Source: a virus (Duplodnaviria > Caudoviricetes). From it: DNA of 50,683 nt. Of this stretch, positions 35,579 to 43,557 are shown piece by piece. The notes under the pieces are model-generated. The model made no database searches. It worked only from the letters and a program-made list of their open reading frames with translations, and was not told where the DNA came from. The stretch's first letter is position 1. Every line of letters starts with the position of its first letter. Position numbers and translations under genes: made by a program. The stretch spans positions 1 to 50,683 of IMG/VR virus record IMGVR_UViG_3300032132_000010; one strand, written 5' to 3'.

Positions 35579-35661
35579 CTCGCGCGCGAGAGTTTGGGCG
35601 GTCGCTAACGCACCGGCCGCCCCCTACCCTTCTTCCCTTTCTGTTCTCTCGCGCGTGAGCC
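35577..35661 (+). promoter_or_regulatory. Second structured leader domain
   Basis: 16-bp stem 35577-92/35646-61 enclosing a 9-bp hairpin 35596-604/35614-22 and a pyrimidine tract. Confidence 0.55.
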
Positions 35662-35678
35662 ACTACCAGGAGACAGCC

Positions 35679-35975
35679 ATGAGTCCGCTCTATGAGTACC
35701 TGCGTCTGCTCGTCATCGGCGTCGTCATCGGTTTCCCGGTCGGCATCGGCATCGGCAAGGCCATCGACGGCGAGGAGGGCAGCGTCGAGGCGCGACGGCT
35801 TGAAGAACTGATCGTCGAGGCGACCAAGCCGCCCGGCCACATGCTGCTGGTTCCGACTGACAGCTGGCACCCGCCGATGCTGTACGCGCCGCCGCTGCCG
35901 GCGTGGTCGGTTGGCACCGTCCAGTTCCACGGTGACGCCATCCGCAACGGGTTCCAAGCGGACGAGATGAAGTGA
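35679..35975 (+). CDS. Membrane protein, first gene of the recombination/replication operon
   Basis: AGGAG SD; N-terminal TM helix. Confidence 0.65.
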   Translation: MSPLYEYLRLLVIGVVIGFPVGIGIGKAIDGEEGSVEARRLEELIVEATKPPGHMLLVPTDSWHPPMLYAPPLPAWSVGTVQFHGDAIRNGFQADEMK

Positions 35976-36073
35976 GCGCCCAGGACAGGACAACGTGGGC
36001 GATCAAGGGCTTCTGTGTCGGCGTCCTGGTGGGCGTCGGCGCGACACTCGCCGCGCTCTCGTTCATCCTGTGA
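35972..36073 (+). CDS. 33-aa TM microprotein
   Basis: GTGA-coupled at both ends; MSAQDRTTWAIKGFCVGVLVGVGATLAALSFIL. Confidence 0.55.
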   Translation: MSAQDRTTWAIKGFCVGVLVGVGATLAALSFIL

Positions 36074-37005
36074 GCGACTTCCGCGACCGCATCGTCACGT
36101 TCGACAGCAAGGAGGAGTGGCTGGCGTTCAAGCGCACGACGATCAGCGCGACGGACGTGATCGCCATCGTGGGGCTGCCCTACTTCGGGCGCACGGCCAT
36201 GTCGGTATTCATGGACAAGGTGGACCCCGACTACGGGGACGAGAGCAGCGCGGCGATGAGCCGCGGCACGGCGATGGAGCCCTTCCTTGTCAGCGCCTAC
36301 GCAGAACGGACGGGCGTCGAGCTTCTGGACGTGCCGCGCTGGTGGTGCGTCACGCACCCAACGCTGCCGTGGCTGTCGTGCTCGCCCGATCAGGCGTGGG
36401 CCGACTACCGGCGCAACGTGGAGGCCAAGACGAGCCGGACCCGTCGCGGCTGGCAGGACCCACGCGAGGCACCGGACGGGGTGCCCGAGGCGTACATCGT
36501 CCAGTGCGCGATCCAGACCGCTTGCTGCGAGACAGAGGGCGCGGACCTTGTGGCTGCCGTGGGCTCGCTGGACGACTTCCGCATCTACGACGGGCTGCAC
36601 CGGAACGCGCGGCTCGAGAAGGCGCTGATCGCGCGCGCGACGGAGTTCTACGAGAACCATCTCAAGCCCGAGGTGTTCCCCGAGTGGGACGGGAGCGAGG
36701 GAGCCGACCGGCTGCTGCGCTCGCTGTTCCCGCACAACACGACGACGGACCAGCTGCGCGAGGTGGACGACGAGGAGCGCGCGGTGGTCGACTACTTCTA
36801 CCTGGACGCGCAGGCCCGCATGAGGGCAGAGCACAGCGAGTCCATATGGGCCCAGCGGGTGCAGTCGATCATCGGGGACAGCCCCGGCATCTGCGGTCCC
36901 GGCTTCAAGATCACATGGAAGATTCAGGGTTCTGGCCGGGTGTTCCGGCCGACCTTCTACGAGGACTTCACCCCCACGACCGAGGAGACGGACGAACATG
37001 AGTGA
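36070..37005 (+). CDS. YqaJ/lambda-exonuclease family recombination nuclease
   Basis: EEWL..R..ISATD, G..MEP, SPD, VEAKT, P..Y..Q motifs. Confidence 0.88.
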   Translation: MSDFRDRIVTFDSKEEWLAFKRTTISATDVIAIVGLPYFGRTAMSVFMDKVDPDYGDESSAAMSRGTAMEPFLVSAYAERTGVELLDVPRWWCVTHPTLPWLSCSPDQAWADYRRNVEAKTSRTRRGWQDPREAPDGVPEAYIVQCAIQTACCETEGADLVAAVGSLDDFRIYDGLHRNARLEKALIARATEFYENHLKPEVFPEWDGSEGADRLLRSLFPHNTTTDQLREVDDEERAVVDYFYLDAQARMRAEHSESIWAQRVQSIIGDSPGICGPGFKITWKIQGSGRVFRPTFYEDFTPTTEETDEHE

Positions 37006-37678
37006 GCTTGACGACGTGCACGATGCCATCGCCATTGACGAGGTGCAGGCCGACGCGACCGCGTTGGTCACAGAGGCACAGGCGATCGTGATCGAGACGG
37101 ACGACCAGGCGCAGGAGGCCGGCGAGTTCCTGCGGACGCGCGTGAAGGCCGTGCTGAAGGAGGTGGAGGCCACCTTCAAGCCGATGCAGCAGGCCGCCGA
37201 CAAGACCAAGCGCGAGATCATGGATCAGCGCCACAAGATCGAGCGGCCGCTGAAGGAAGCGGAGCGCGTTCTCAAGGCGTCCATCTCCGAGTACGTGATG
37301 GAGCAGCGCCGCATCGCGGAGGAGGAGCAGCGCAGGGCCGAGGCCGCGGAACGCGCGCGCGCCGAGGAGGAGCGGCTGCGCGAGGCCGAGCGGCTGGAGA
37401 AGGAGGGGCACGACGACGAGGCCGAGGCGGTGATCGAAACCCCCGCCGTGGCCGAAGCCCCCCCGCCCGTGAAAGCCCCGGTCAAGGTCAAGGGTGTCGG
37501 CGTCAAGGAGGTGTGGGCGTTCCGGTTCACGAACCCCAAGGAGGTGAAGCCGGACTACCTCGTCCCGCACGAGAAGCTGATCGCCGCCACGGTGAAGAAC
37601 CTCGGCAAGCCGGCCGAGAAGATGGTCGGCGGCATCGAGGTGTACCGGACCACGCAGACAAGCTCGCGCGCGCAGTAA
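36998..37678 (+). CDS. Coiled-coil protein of the recombination module
   Basis: Long E/R/A helix with C-terminal W.F.....VK.DYL..EK.I...GIEVY domain. Confidence 0.8.
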   Translation: MSELDDVHDAIAIDEVQADATALVTEAQAIVIETDDQAQEAGEFLRTRVKAVLKEVEATFKPMQQAADKTKREIMDQRHKIERPLKEAERVLKASISEYVMEQRRIAEEEQRRAEAAERARAEEERLREAERLEKEGHDDEAEAVIETPAVAEAPPPVKAPVKVKGVGVKEVWAFRFTNPKEVKPDYLVPHEKLIAATVKNLGKPAEKMVGGIEVYRTTQTSSRAQ

Positions 37679-37707
37679 CGGCGCACCCCCACGAAAGGAG
37701 GCCACCC

Positions 37708-38883
37708 GTGGCCCAGGACAAGAAGAAGCAGGACCCCGGCAACGTCGCGGTCGCCAACCCGTTCGGCATCTCGGCGCGCGCCGAGGAAGAAACGGCGATG
37801 GCGCACACCGACAGCCAGCGCGCGATCGCGGAGGTGCAGGCGGCGATGATCCTCGCGCGCAGCAACCGCCGCAACCAGAAGGACGCCATGGATCGGGTGC
37901 TGGACGCTTGCACTCGAGTCAGCCTTGCGGAGAAGGCCACCTACGACTACTCGCGTGGTGGCACGGCGATCACAGGCCCGTCGATCCGACTGGCCGAGGT
38001 GATGGCCGCCAACTGGGGCAATATGCAGTACGGCGTCCGCGAGGTGTCGCAGGCGCACGGCGAGAGCGTGGTGCAGGCGTATGCGTGGGACCTGGAGACG
38101 AACACCAAGAGCGAGCGCACGTTCACGGTGAAGCATCTGCGCTCGGCGCGTGGCGGCACCACGAAGCTGACGGACCCGCGCGACGTGTACGAGAACAACG
38201 CCAACCAAGGCGCGCGCCGGCTGCGCTCCTGTCTCCTGGCGGTCATGCCCGGGGACGTCGCGGAAGCGGCCGTGGCCCAGTGCGAGCTGACGCTGAAGTC
38301 GAAGGTGGACTGCTCGCCCGACGCCATCAAGCGGATGGTCGAGGCGTTCGGGAAGCACGGCGTCACCAAGGCGCAGATCGAGGCTCGTCTCCAGCGGCGC
38401 GTGGAGTCGATCACGCCCGCGCAGCTGGTTCAGCTGGGCAAGATCCACACCTCGCTGGGCGACTCCATGAGCGTGGTCGGGGACTGGTTCAAGGCGGCCG
38501 AGCCGGAGGGCTCGCGCACCGACAACCTCGCGGACCAGCTCGAGGACGAGGTGCCGCCCGCCCAGCCCTTCCCGGCCGAGGACGACGCCCCGCCGCCCGA
38601 GCCGCCGGAGGACGAGCCCCCGCCCGTGGCCGCCGAGGAGATCCCGCTCAGGGATCTCGCGCCCGAGCCGGAGCCCGAGCCGCCCACGGAGCTTCCCCCG
38701 GAGGAGGACGACGGCCTTCCCACGCCGGAGCAGGAGGAGGCGTTCACGATGGGGCGCGCGGCGGCCGACGCCGGCGACACCATCAAGCTGAACCCCTACA
38801 ACGACATGGGGCAGAAGACCGAATACCTCGCGTGGCGCGCGGGCTGGAAGGCGTTCCACCAGGAGGTGCTGGACGCGGAGTAA
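37708..38883 (+). CDS. Putative ssDNA-annealing recombinase-like protein with acidic linker and Rmf-like C-terminal module
   Basis: AAGGAGG SD; EVQAA, Y.Y.RGG..I.GPSIRLAE...WGN, AWDLETN motifs; next to exonuclease. Confidence 0.6.
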   Translation: MAQDKKKQDPGNVAVANPFGISARAEEETAMAHTDSQRAIAEVQAAMILARSNRRNQKDAMDRVLDACTRVSLAEKATYDYSRGGTAITGPSIRLAEVMAANWGNMQYGVREVSQAHGESVVQAYAWDLETNTKSERTFTVKHLRSARGGTTKLTDPRDVYENNANQGARRLRSCLLAVMPGDVAEAAVAQCELTLKSKVDCSPDAIKRMVEAFGKHGVTKAQIEARLQRRVESITPAQLVQLGKIHTSLGDSMSVVGDWFKAAEPEGSRTDNLADQLEDEVPPAQPFPAEDDAPPPEPPEDEPPPVAAEEIPLRDLAPEPEPEPPTELPPEEDDGLPTPEQEEAFTMGRAAADAGDTIKLNPYNDMGQKTEYLAWRAGWKAFHQEVLDAE

Positions 38884-38889
38884 GGGCCA

Positions 38890-38925
38890 CCGGGCCGGAG
38901 GGGTGATGGCGGCCCTCCGGCCCGG
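38890..38925 (+). other. Perfect 13-bp hairpin without U-tract before the initiator RBS
   Basis: CCGGGCCGGAGGG (38890-38902) / CCCTCCGGCCCGG (38913-38925). Confidence 0.7.
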
Positions 38926-38945
38926 GCGGATCGAGGAGAGCGGCA

Positions 38946-39731
38946 ATGGCTGGCGACTGGATCAAGCTGCGGTGTGATCTGAAGGACGATCCCGCGGTCA
39001 TCAAGATGGCGGGGGACCTGGCGGTCCCTGTCGAGCACGTCTGCGGGTGCCTCGGGGTGCTGTGGTCGTGGTTCAACGAGCAGACCGTGGACGGTCACGC
39101 TCCGAGCGGGACAGGTTCGTGGCTGGACGGGTTTGTGCACCTCCCGGGGTTCACCAAGGCGATGGTGGAGGCGGGTTGGCTGGAGGCCGACAACGGCGGA
39201 CTGACCGTGCCCAAGTGGGGCGAGCACAACAGCGACAGTGCCAAGAAACGGGCGCTAGACACCCGTAGACGGGCACGTAGCCGCGCCAAGCCCCGTCCGG
39301 CCCGTGTCCGCAAAGTGTCCGGCAAGCAAGCGGACGAAAACGGGACACCCAACGACAGAGGTAGAGAGAGAGAGAGAGGGGAAACCGGCGGGCCCTCCGG
39401 GCCCAGCCCGCCGGTTTCCTCCCCGCGCGTGACGGCTGATCCAGCCTTGGGGATCCCTGAGACGTCGGCCACGCCGCCGCCGAGCTCGCCGGGGGCTCGC
39501 GGCGACGTGGCCTCGCCGTGCCCGTCCTGCGGCGACACAGAGGGGCAGGCGACGGTGGAGATGCGCGTACTCGAGACGTGCGAGAAGCATCAGACGAAGC
39601 TGAAGGTCGAGAACGCGACCCAGTGCGCGGACTGCGGGAACACGTACCACCTCCGCGAGTGGGAGCGGCGCGCCGGCTGCTCCCAGTGCGCGATGGCGAG
39701 CGCGATCGAGAAAGGAACCGACGATGACTGA
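38946..39731 (+). CDS. Phage replication initiator (wHTH N-terminus, Zn-finger C-terminus)
   Basis: MAGDWIK...L.DDP.V, LWSW, GF..AM...GWL, W..HN..SAKKRA motifs. Confidence 0.75.
   Translation: MAGDWIKLRCDLKDDPAVIKMAGDLAVPVEHVCGCLGVLWSWFNEQTVDGHAPSGTGSWLDGFVHLPGFTKAMVEAGWLEADNGGLTVPKWGEHNSDSAKKRALDTRRRARSRAKPRPARVRKVSGKQADENGTPNDRGRERERGETGGPSGPSPPVSSPRVTADPALGIPETSATPPPSSPGARGDVASPCPSCGDTEGQATVEMRVLETCEKHQTKLKVENATQCADCGNTYHLREWERRAGCSQCAMASAIEKGTDDD
39255..39425. promoter_or_regulatory. Putative replication origin within the initiator gene
   Basis: Clustered GTCCG/CGGAC-like repeats, an (AG)n run at 39363-39378 and a 14-bp inverted repeat 39380-93/39406-19. Confidence 0.5.
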
Positions 39732-40083
39732 CACCCCGACCCCCGACGTGTGCGTGGGCGACGACGTGAAACTGCTCGACCGATTGGATGAGGCTAGGCG
39801 GATGAACACCCGCCTGCGCGCCGAGGTCGAGTCGTACAAGGCGCAGGTGGGATCGCTGAAGTCCGAGCGCGACGAACTGAACCGTCTGCTGGGTACGGAG
39901 GTGGACCGGCACATCGAGACCCGCGCGGAGATCGTGCGGCTGCTCGACCTGCTGCGGGAGGTGTGCGACGGGCAGGAGATCCAGTTTGAGGGCGTGCCGC
40001 ACTACCTCATGAGCATCGAGGCCGGTGACGCCATCGCCGCCGAGATCAAGTCCGCCGACGCCGCGAGCGGGGGAGGTGGGTGA
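39724..40083 (+). CDS. Hypothetical coiled-coil protein
   Basis: AAGGA SD; heptad pattern. Confidence 0.7.
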   Translation: MTDTPTPDVCVGDDVKLLDRLDEARRMNTRLRAEVESYKAQVGSLKSERDELNRLLGTEVDRHIETRAEIVRLLDLLREVCDGQEIQFEGVPHYLMSIEAGDAIAAEIKSADAASGGGG

Positions 40084-40199
40084 TGGACCCGTGGCGGCGC
40101 GTTGACCCGGAGGACTTCATCACGTGGTGGCTCATCGGGATGTTTCTGCTCGTTCCCGTTGCGATCCTCGCCTTCACTTACAGGATGGTGAGAGGATGA
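40083..40199 (+). CDS. 38-aa TM microprotein
   Basis: GGAGG SD; coupled at both ends; hydrophobic helix. Confidence 0.6.
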   Translation: MDPWRRVDPEDFITWWLIGMFLLVPVAILAFTYRMVRG

Positions 40200-40411
40200 C
40201 TGACCCGATGATGAGCAAGATCCATTGTCCAACGTGCGGCAAGAGGGTGTCCGTGATCGGCCTCGACCAACATCATCAGGCGGAACACGGGTGCAAGTGC
40301 GTGAGCATCCACGCCGCCTGCCCGGAGTGCGGTTCCTACTTCCTGCCGGAAGGTGTGTACCACCACTACAACCGCGTCCACGCAAAGGCCGCCACCGGGG
40401 GAGGTGGGTGA
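40196..40411 (+). CDS. Small zinc-finger protein
   Basis: CPTC...H...H and CPEC...H...H. Confidence 0.7.
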   Translation: MTDPMMSKIHCPTCGKRVSVIGLDQHHQAEHGCKCVSIHAACPECGSYFLPEGVYHHYNRVHAKAATGGGG

Positions 40412-40668
40412 TGGTCTGGCCACCGTGGATGTGTCGCGTGTTCGGGCACACACTGTCCTACCGGCACATCAACCCCGACTCCACGATGATCGCGTGTCTG
40501 CGGTGTGGTGCCGAGCGCGACGGTGGCGACTTCTGCCCGTCGTTTGTTCCGTGGTCCGCGTGGGACATCGAGGATCCTGCCATTGATGAATGCGACGTGT
40601 GTGGTTGCCCGCGAAAGGCGCACCCCGTTCGCACGCCACGAGACGCCGAGGAGAACTGCCCCCAATGA
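40411..40668 (+). CDS. Small Cys/His-rich protein (C.xFGH type)
   Basis: CRVFGH, CLRC, CDVCGC. Confidence 0.65.
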   Translation: MVWPPWMCRVFGHTLSYRHINPDSTMIACLRCGAERDGGDFCPSFVPWSAWDIEDPAIDECDVCGCPRKAHPVRTPRDAEENCPQ

Positions 40669-40961
40669 CTGACCCGATGATGAGCAAGGAGCAGGCGGGC
40701 GAGGCGCTGGCGCGGGCGGATAGCTACGGAGACATGGGGTGGCAGGACGCCGCCGCCGAGGCTCACAACGATATGGTGGTAGAGGTCGCCCTCGACACCG
40801 ACCTCCCGCTGGCGGTCGCGTCGTACACGCGGGCGATGGCGTTGCTGGAGCGGGCGGAAAACGAACTCAAGTGCGACTGCCGCAAGTACCCGCACCACTG
40901 CCTGCTCTCCGAGATCGCGCCCGTTACGATGGCCTACCACGGCGACGGCGAATCGACATGA
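40665..40961 (+). CDS. Hypothetical protein
   Basis: GAGGAG SD; ATGA coupling. Confidence 0.65.
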   Translation: MTDPMMSKEQAGEALARADSYGDMGWQDAAAEAHNDMVVEVALDTDLPLAVASYTRAMALLERAENELKCDCRKYPHHCLLSEIAPVTMAYHGDGEST

Positions 40962-41152
40962 ACGGCGAACTCCAAACCGTCCAAGTCGATGAGCAGGCGG
41001 GCCGCCTCGGCCATCGCGCCAACTGGACCGTCCGCGTCGGGCCGGTAGTGGGCGGCTCGCCCTACTTCACCTTCTACGGCAAGCGCGACATGCTGATCGA
41101 CCTGATCGCACGGCTGTTGCTTGACCAGAACGGCTGCGACGAACCGACATGA
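40958..41152 (+). CDS. Hypothetical protein
   Basis: ATGA coupling at both ends. Confidence 0.55.
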   Translation: MNGELQTVQVDEQAGRLGHRANWTVRVGPVVGGSPYFTFYGKRDMLIDLIARLLLDQNGCDEPT

Positions 41153-41292
41153 ACGGCTGGGAGTACGTCCTTCCGGCGGCGGCGATCTACGGGCTGCTCC
41201 TCCTCCGGCGATGGTGGCTGGGCCGCTACCGGCGCGCAGCTGACCGGCTGCGCGACAGCCCTCCCGGCATCTGGCCCTACGGAGGTCCCTGA
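41149..41292 (+). CDS. 47-aa hydrophobic/basic microprotein
   Basis: Coupled at both ends; N-terminal hydrophobic stretch. Confidence 0.5.
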   Translation: MNGWEYVLPAAAIYGLLLLRRWWLGRYRRAADRLRDSPPGIWPYGGP

Positions 41293-41618
41293 TGGGACAA
41301 GCGAGGCTCGGCTACTACCCCGACGACGACCGCCACAAGCTGCGCCGGAACCAGGACCCCGCGACCAGCAAGCAGGGCGCGACCGACGCCGCGCGCCGGC
41401 TGGGCGAGATGCAGGAGCGGACGCTCCTCGCGGTGCGCGCGTATCCCGGCCGGACGTGCGCGGAGCTGGAGGACCTGGCGGGCGTCATGGGGCGCACGTT
41501 CGGCCGCCGCCTCGGGGAGCTGGAGAAGGCTGGCCGCGTGGAGCGCCGCCGCGCGCGCCCCTGTTCGATCACGAAGCGCCGCGCTGCAACGTGGCGAATC
41601 CCAACCCCGGAGGCATGA
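41292..41618 (+). CDS. Winged-helix DNA-binding protein
   Basis: R..DP.TS..A, G.T..EL, RRL.ELE..G.V, C..T.R....W pattern. Confidence 0.7.
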   Translation: MGQARLGYYPDDDRHKLRRNQDPATSKQGATDAARRLGEMQERTLLAVRAYPGRTCAELEDLAGVMGRTFGRRLGELEKAGRVERRRARPCSITKRRAATWRIPTPEA

Positions 41619-41620
41619 CC

Positions 41621-42013
41621 ATGTGGCCCTTCCCGAAACGCACGACCGCGCTGTTCGAGCTATCGGACCTCCACCTGATCCGGCGAGCGCGCCGCGCGGC
41701 CCTGTTCCTGGCGAGCGCGCGCTACACGATGGTCAAGCCCGACGTGACGCCGGTCGTCCGCGAAGCGATCCGCGAGCTCGCGGGGCGGCTCGAGCGACGG
41801 CATGAGGCGAGCGCGACCATGGATCTGCTGAACGAGCTGCGAAGCCCCATCGGTACGTCGGTTGAGATCGCCTGCGGTGGCGAAGGCGCGCTAGGGCTGG
41901 AGCGGATATGGGTAGACGGGTTCACCTACACGGGCGCGACACTGGCCGAGGCGCTGGCGAGCGCGATCGAGGCGCGGCGCGTGGCGCTGGCTCAGAAGGA
42001 CGAGCGCGCATGA
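41621..42013 (+). CDS. Hypothetical protein
   Basis: GGAGG SD; MWPF start. Confidence 0.65.
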   Translation: MWPFPKRTTALFELSDLHLIRRARRAALFLASARYTMVKPDVTPVVREAIRELAGRLERRHEASATMDLLNELRSPIGTSVEIACGGEGALGLERIWVDGFTYTGATLAEALASAIEARRVALAQKDERA

Positions 42014-42174
42014 CCAAAGACCCTGCCTCCTGGGAGCGCCGCGGCTACAAGAAGCAACCGACGCGCGCGGAGCTGGAAGCCGAGATCCGCGACCTCAAGG
42101 CGAGGCTGAAACTCGCGGAGGGCCAGGTCCGCAGCCTGCGCGGGCGGGCGAAGCGAAGGGACGAGCGCGCGTGA
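42010..42174 (+). CDS. Small coiled-coil protein
   Basis: PTRAELEAEI..LK.RL; coupled at both ends. Confidence 0.6.
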   Translation: MTKDPASWERRGYKKQPTRAELEAEIRDLKARLKLAEGQVRSLRGRAKRRDERA

Positions 42175-42479
42175 AGGACGAGCGCGTGACCTCTCCGGGC
42201 GAGCGCGGAGCTCCGGGCGAGCGCGGAACCTCCCTCGAGGCCCGCCGGCCCAAAGGCGAGCGCGGAACCTCTCGCGGGAATCTTCCGCCAGGCGGGGCGG
42301 TCCGATCCGACGACCACCCAGTTTCCGGCCTCGACAGGGGGGCGACCTCGATCGCGGTCGGGCTCGCGGTCGCGCTGTGGGTGATCGACCGGCGCGTCCC
42401 CGCGCTGGTGATCGCGGTCGCCTGGACGTTGCTCTGGTGGCGCGACTGCGGCCGCCGATGGAGGGGCTGTCATGGGTGA
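42171..42479 (+). CDS. Hypothetical membrane protein with GERG repeats
   Basis: Two hydrophobic segments; short tandem repeats at the 5' end. Confidence 0.45.
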   Translation: MKDERVTSPGERGAPGERGTSLEARRPKGERGTSRGNLPPGGAVRSDDHPVSGLDRGATSIAVGLAVALWVIDRRVPALVIAVAWTLLWWRDCGRRWRGCHG

Positions 42480-42930
42480 GGTCTTGCTCGATGTCCGACT
42501 GCCAGGAGAGCCGCGCGGGAAGGGCGCGGGCCGCGCCGTCCGGCGTGGCGCACACATGGGGATAGCCACCGACGCCAAGACGCGCCAGTGGATGAGCGAA
42601 GCGGTGGACCGGCTGGAGGAAGCCTGGAGCTACGGCCCGCTCGACAGAGGTGTCGGTGTTCACATCGACTGCATCAAGGCGAGGCCGAAGCGACTGCTAC
42701 GCAAGAAGGACCCCGACGAACGAATGTGGTGCGACGGCAAGCCCGACGCGGACAACGTAAGCAAGATCGTATGCGACTCGCTCACCGACGCGGGCGTGTT
42801 GCGCGACGACGCCAAGGTCGCGCTGCTTGTTGTTCGCACCCTCTACGCCGCGCGCGACGAGGGGCCGTGTACGCAGATCCGAGTGTTCGATGTTCCCCCA
42901 TTCCCCACAAGCCAAGGAGACGCACACTGA
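42472..42930 (+). CDS. rusA: RusA-family Holliday junction resolvase
   Basis: PGEP.GK, KPDADN..K...D.L, DD..V motifs. Confidence 0.88.
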   Translation: MGEVLLDVRLPGEPRGKGAGRAVRRGAHMGIATDAKTRQWMSEAVDRLEEAWSYGPLDRGVGVHIDCIKARPKRLLRKKDPDERMWCDGKPDADNVSKIVCDSLTDAGVLRDDAKVALLVVRTLYAARDEGPCTQIRVFDVPPFPTSQGDAH

Positions 42931-43394
42931 TGTTGCCACGTGACCACTACAAGAAGCTGACGCCGCTCACGCCGACCGAGATCATGTCGGGCTTGGGCAA
43001 GCTGCAAGCGAAGGCCGACGCCGAACACGACAAGGCCGACGCGGCCGCCGTGAAGAAGAAGGGACACGCCGACCTCGCGGCCTCGCACGTCGAGGACATC
43101 GCTGCGGTGGTGCGCGCGCGCCGCGCGAAGCGCGACATCTACTTGCTGAAGGACGGCACCGTCACGGCCGAGGTGCCGAACCCGCAGCGCACGTTGGTCG
43201 AGTGCGCGAAGGACGTGCTGCAGCGCAGGGAGGAGGAAGCCGCCGACGCGAAGGAGAAGAAGGACGCGCGCCCGACACCGAAGGCGACAGCGCGCACGGG
43301 CTCCGACGCCATCGGCAAGCCGCGCAAGGCCGCCGCCAGGAAGGGCAAGGCGAAGGGCAAGGGCAAGCCCCCGCCGCCGCCCAAGGCGGCGTAG
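42930..43394 (+). CDS. Hypothetical protein with Lys-rich tail
   Basis: AAGGAG SD; TGATG coupling; followed by terminator. Confidence 0.7.
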   Translation: MLPRDHYKKLTPLTPTEIMSGLGKLQAKADAEHDKADAAAVKKKGHADLAASHVEDIAAVVRARRAKRDIYLLKDGTVTAEVPNPQRTLVECAKDVLQRREEEAADAKEKKDARPTPKATARTGSDAIGKPRKAAARKGKAKGKGKPPPPPKAA

Positions 43395-43414
43395 CTCCAG
43401 GCAATCTTTCGGGC

Positions 43415-43463
43415 GCGGCCCCGGATTGGCGATTCTCGCCGGTTCGGGGCCGCCTTTCTTTTC
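43415..43463 (+). terminator. Intrinsic terminator
   Basis: 18-bp stem (three G-U pairs) 43415-32/43436-53 followed by CTTTCTTTTC. Confidence 0.8.
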
Positions 43464-43557
43464 AGATCGTGGGTCCAGGGATGCCGATGAGAGGTACGTT
43501 ATTGGAGTCGTGATGCGAACCACGACCACGCACTCACCAACAGAGAGGACCGAGGAC

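Larger units (their letters stand above)
40068..40688 (+). repeat. Interleaved gene-junction direct repeats
   Basis: 19-mer at 40068-86 and 40396-414; 24-mer at 40196-219 and 40665-688. Confidence 0.9.

Noticed and set aside
35371-35658. 95-aa ORF (or leaderless ATG at 35422) across the structured element
   Set aside because: Atypical codon usage and composition; dense base-pairing is better explained as RNA structure, though a leader peptide is not excluded
43462-43500. Sigma28-like GCCGATGA or sigma70-like TACGTT promoter for the early operon
   Set aside because: Upstream element spacing does not fit either consensus well; a promoter is likely here but cannot be placed
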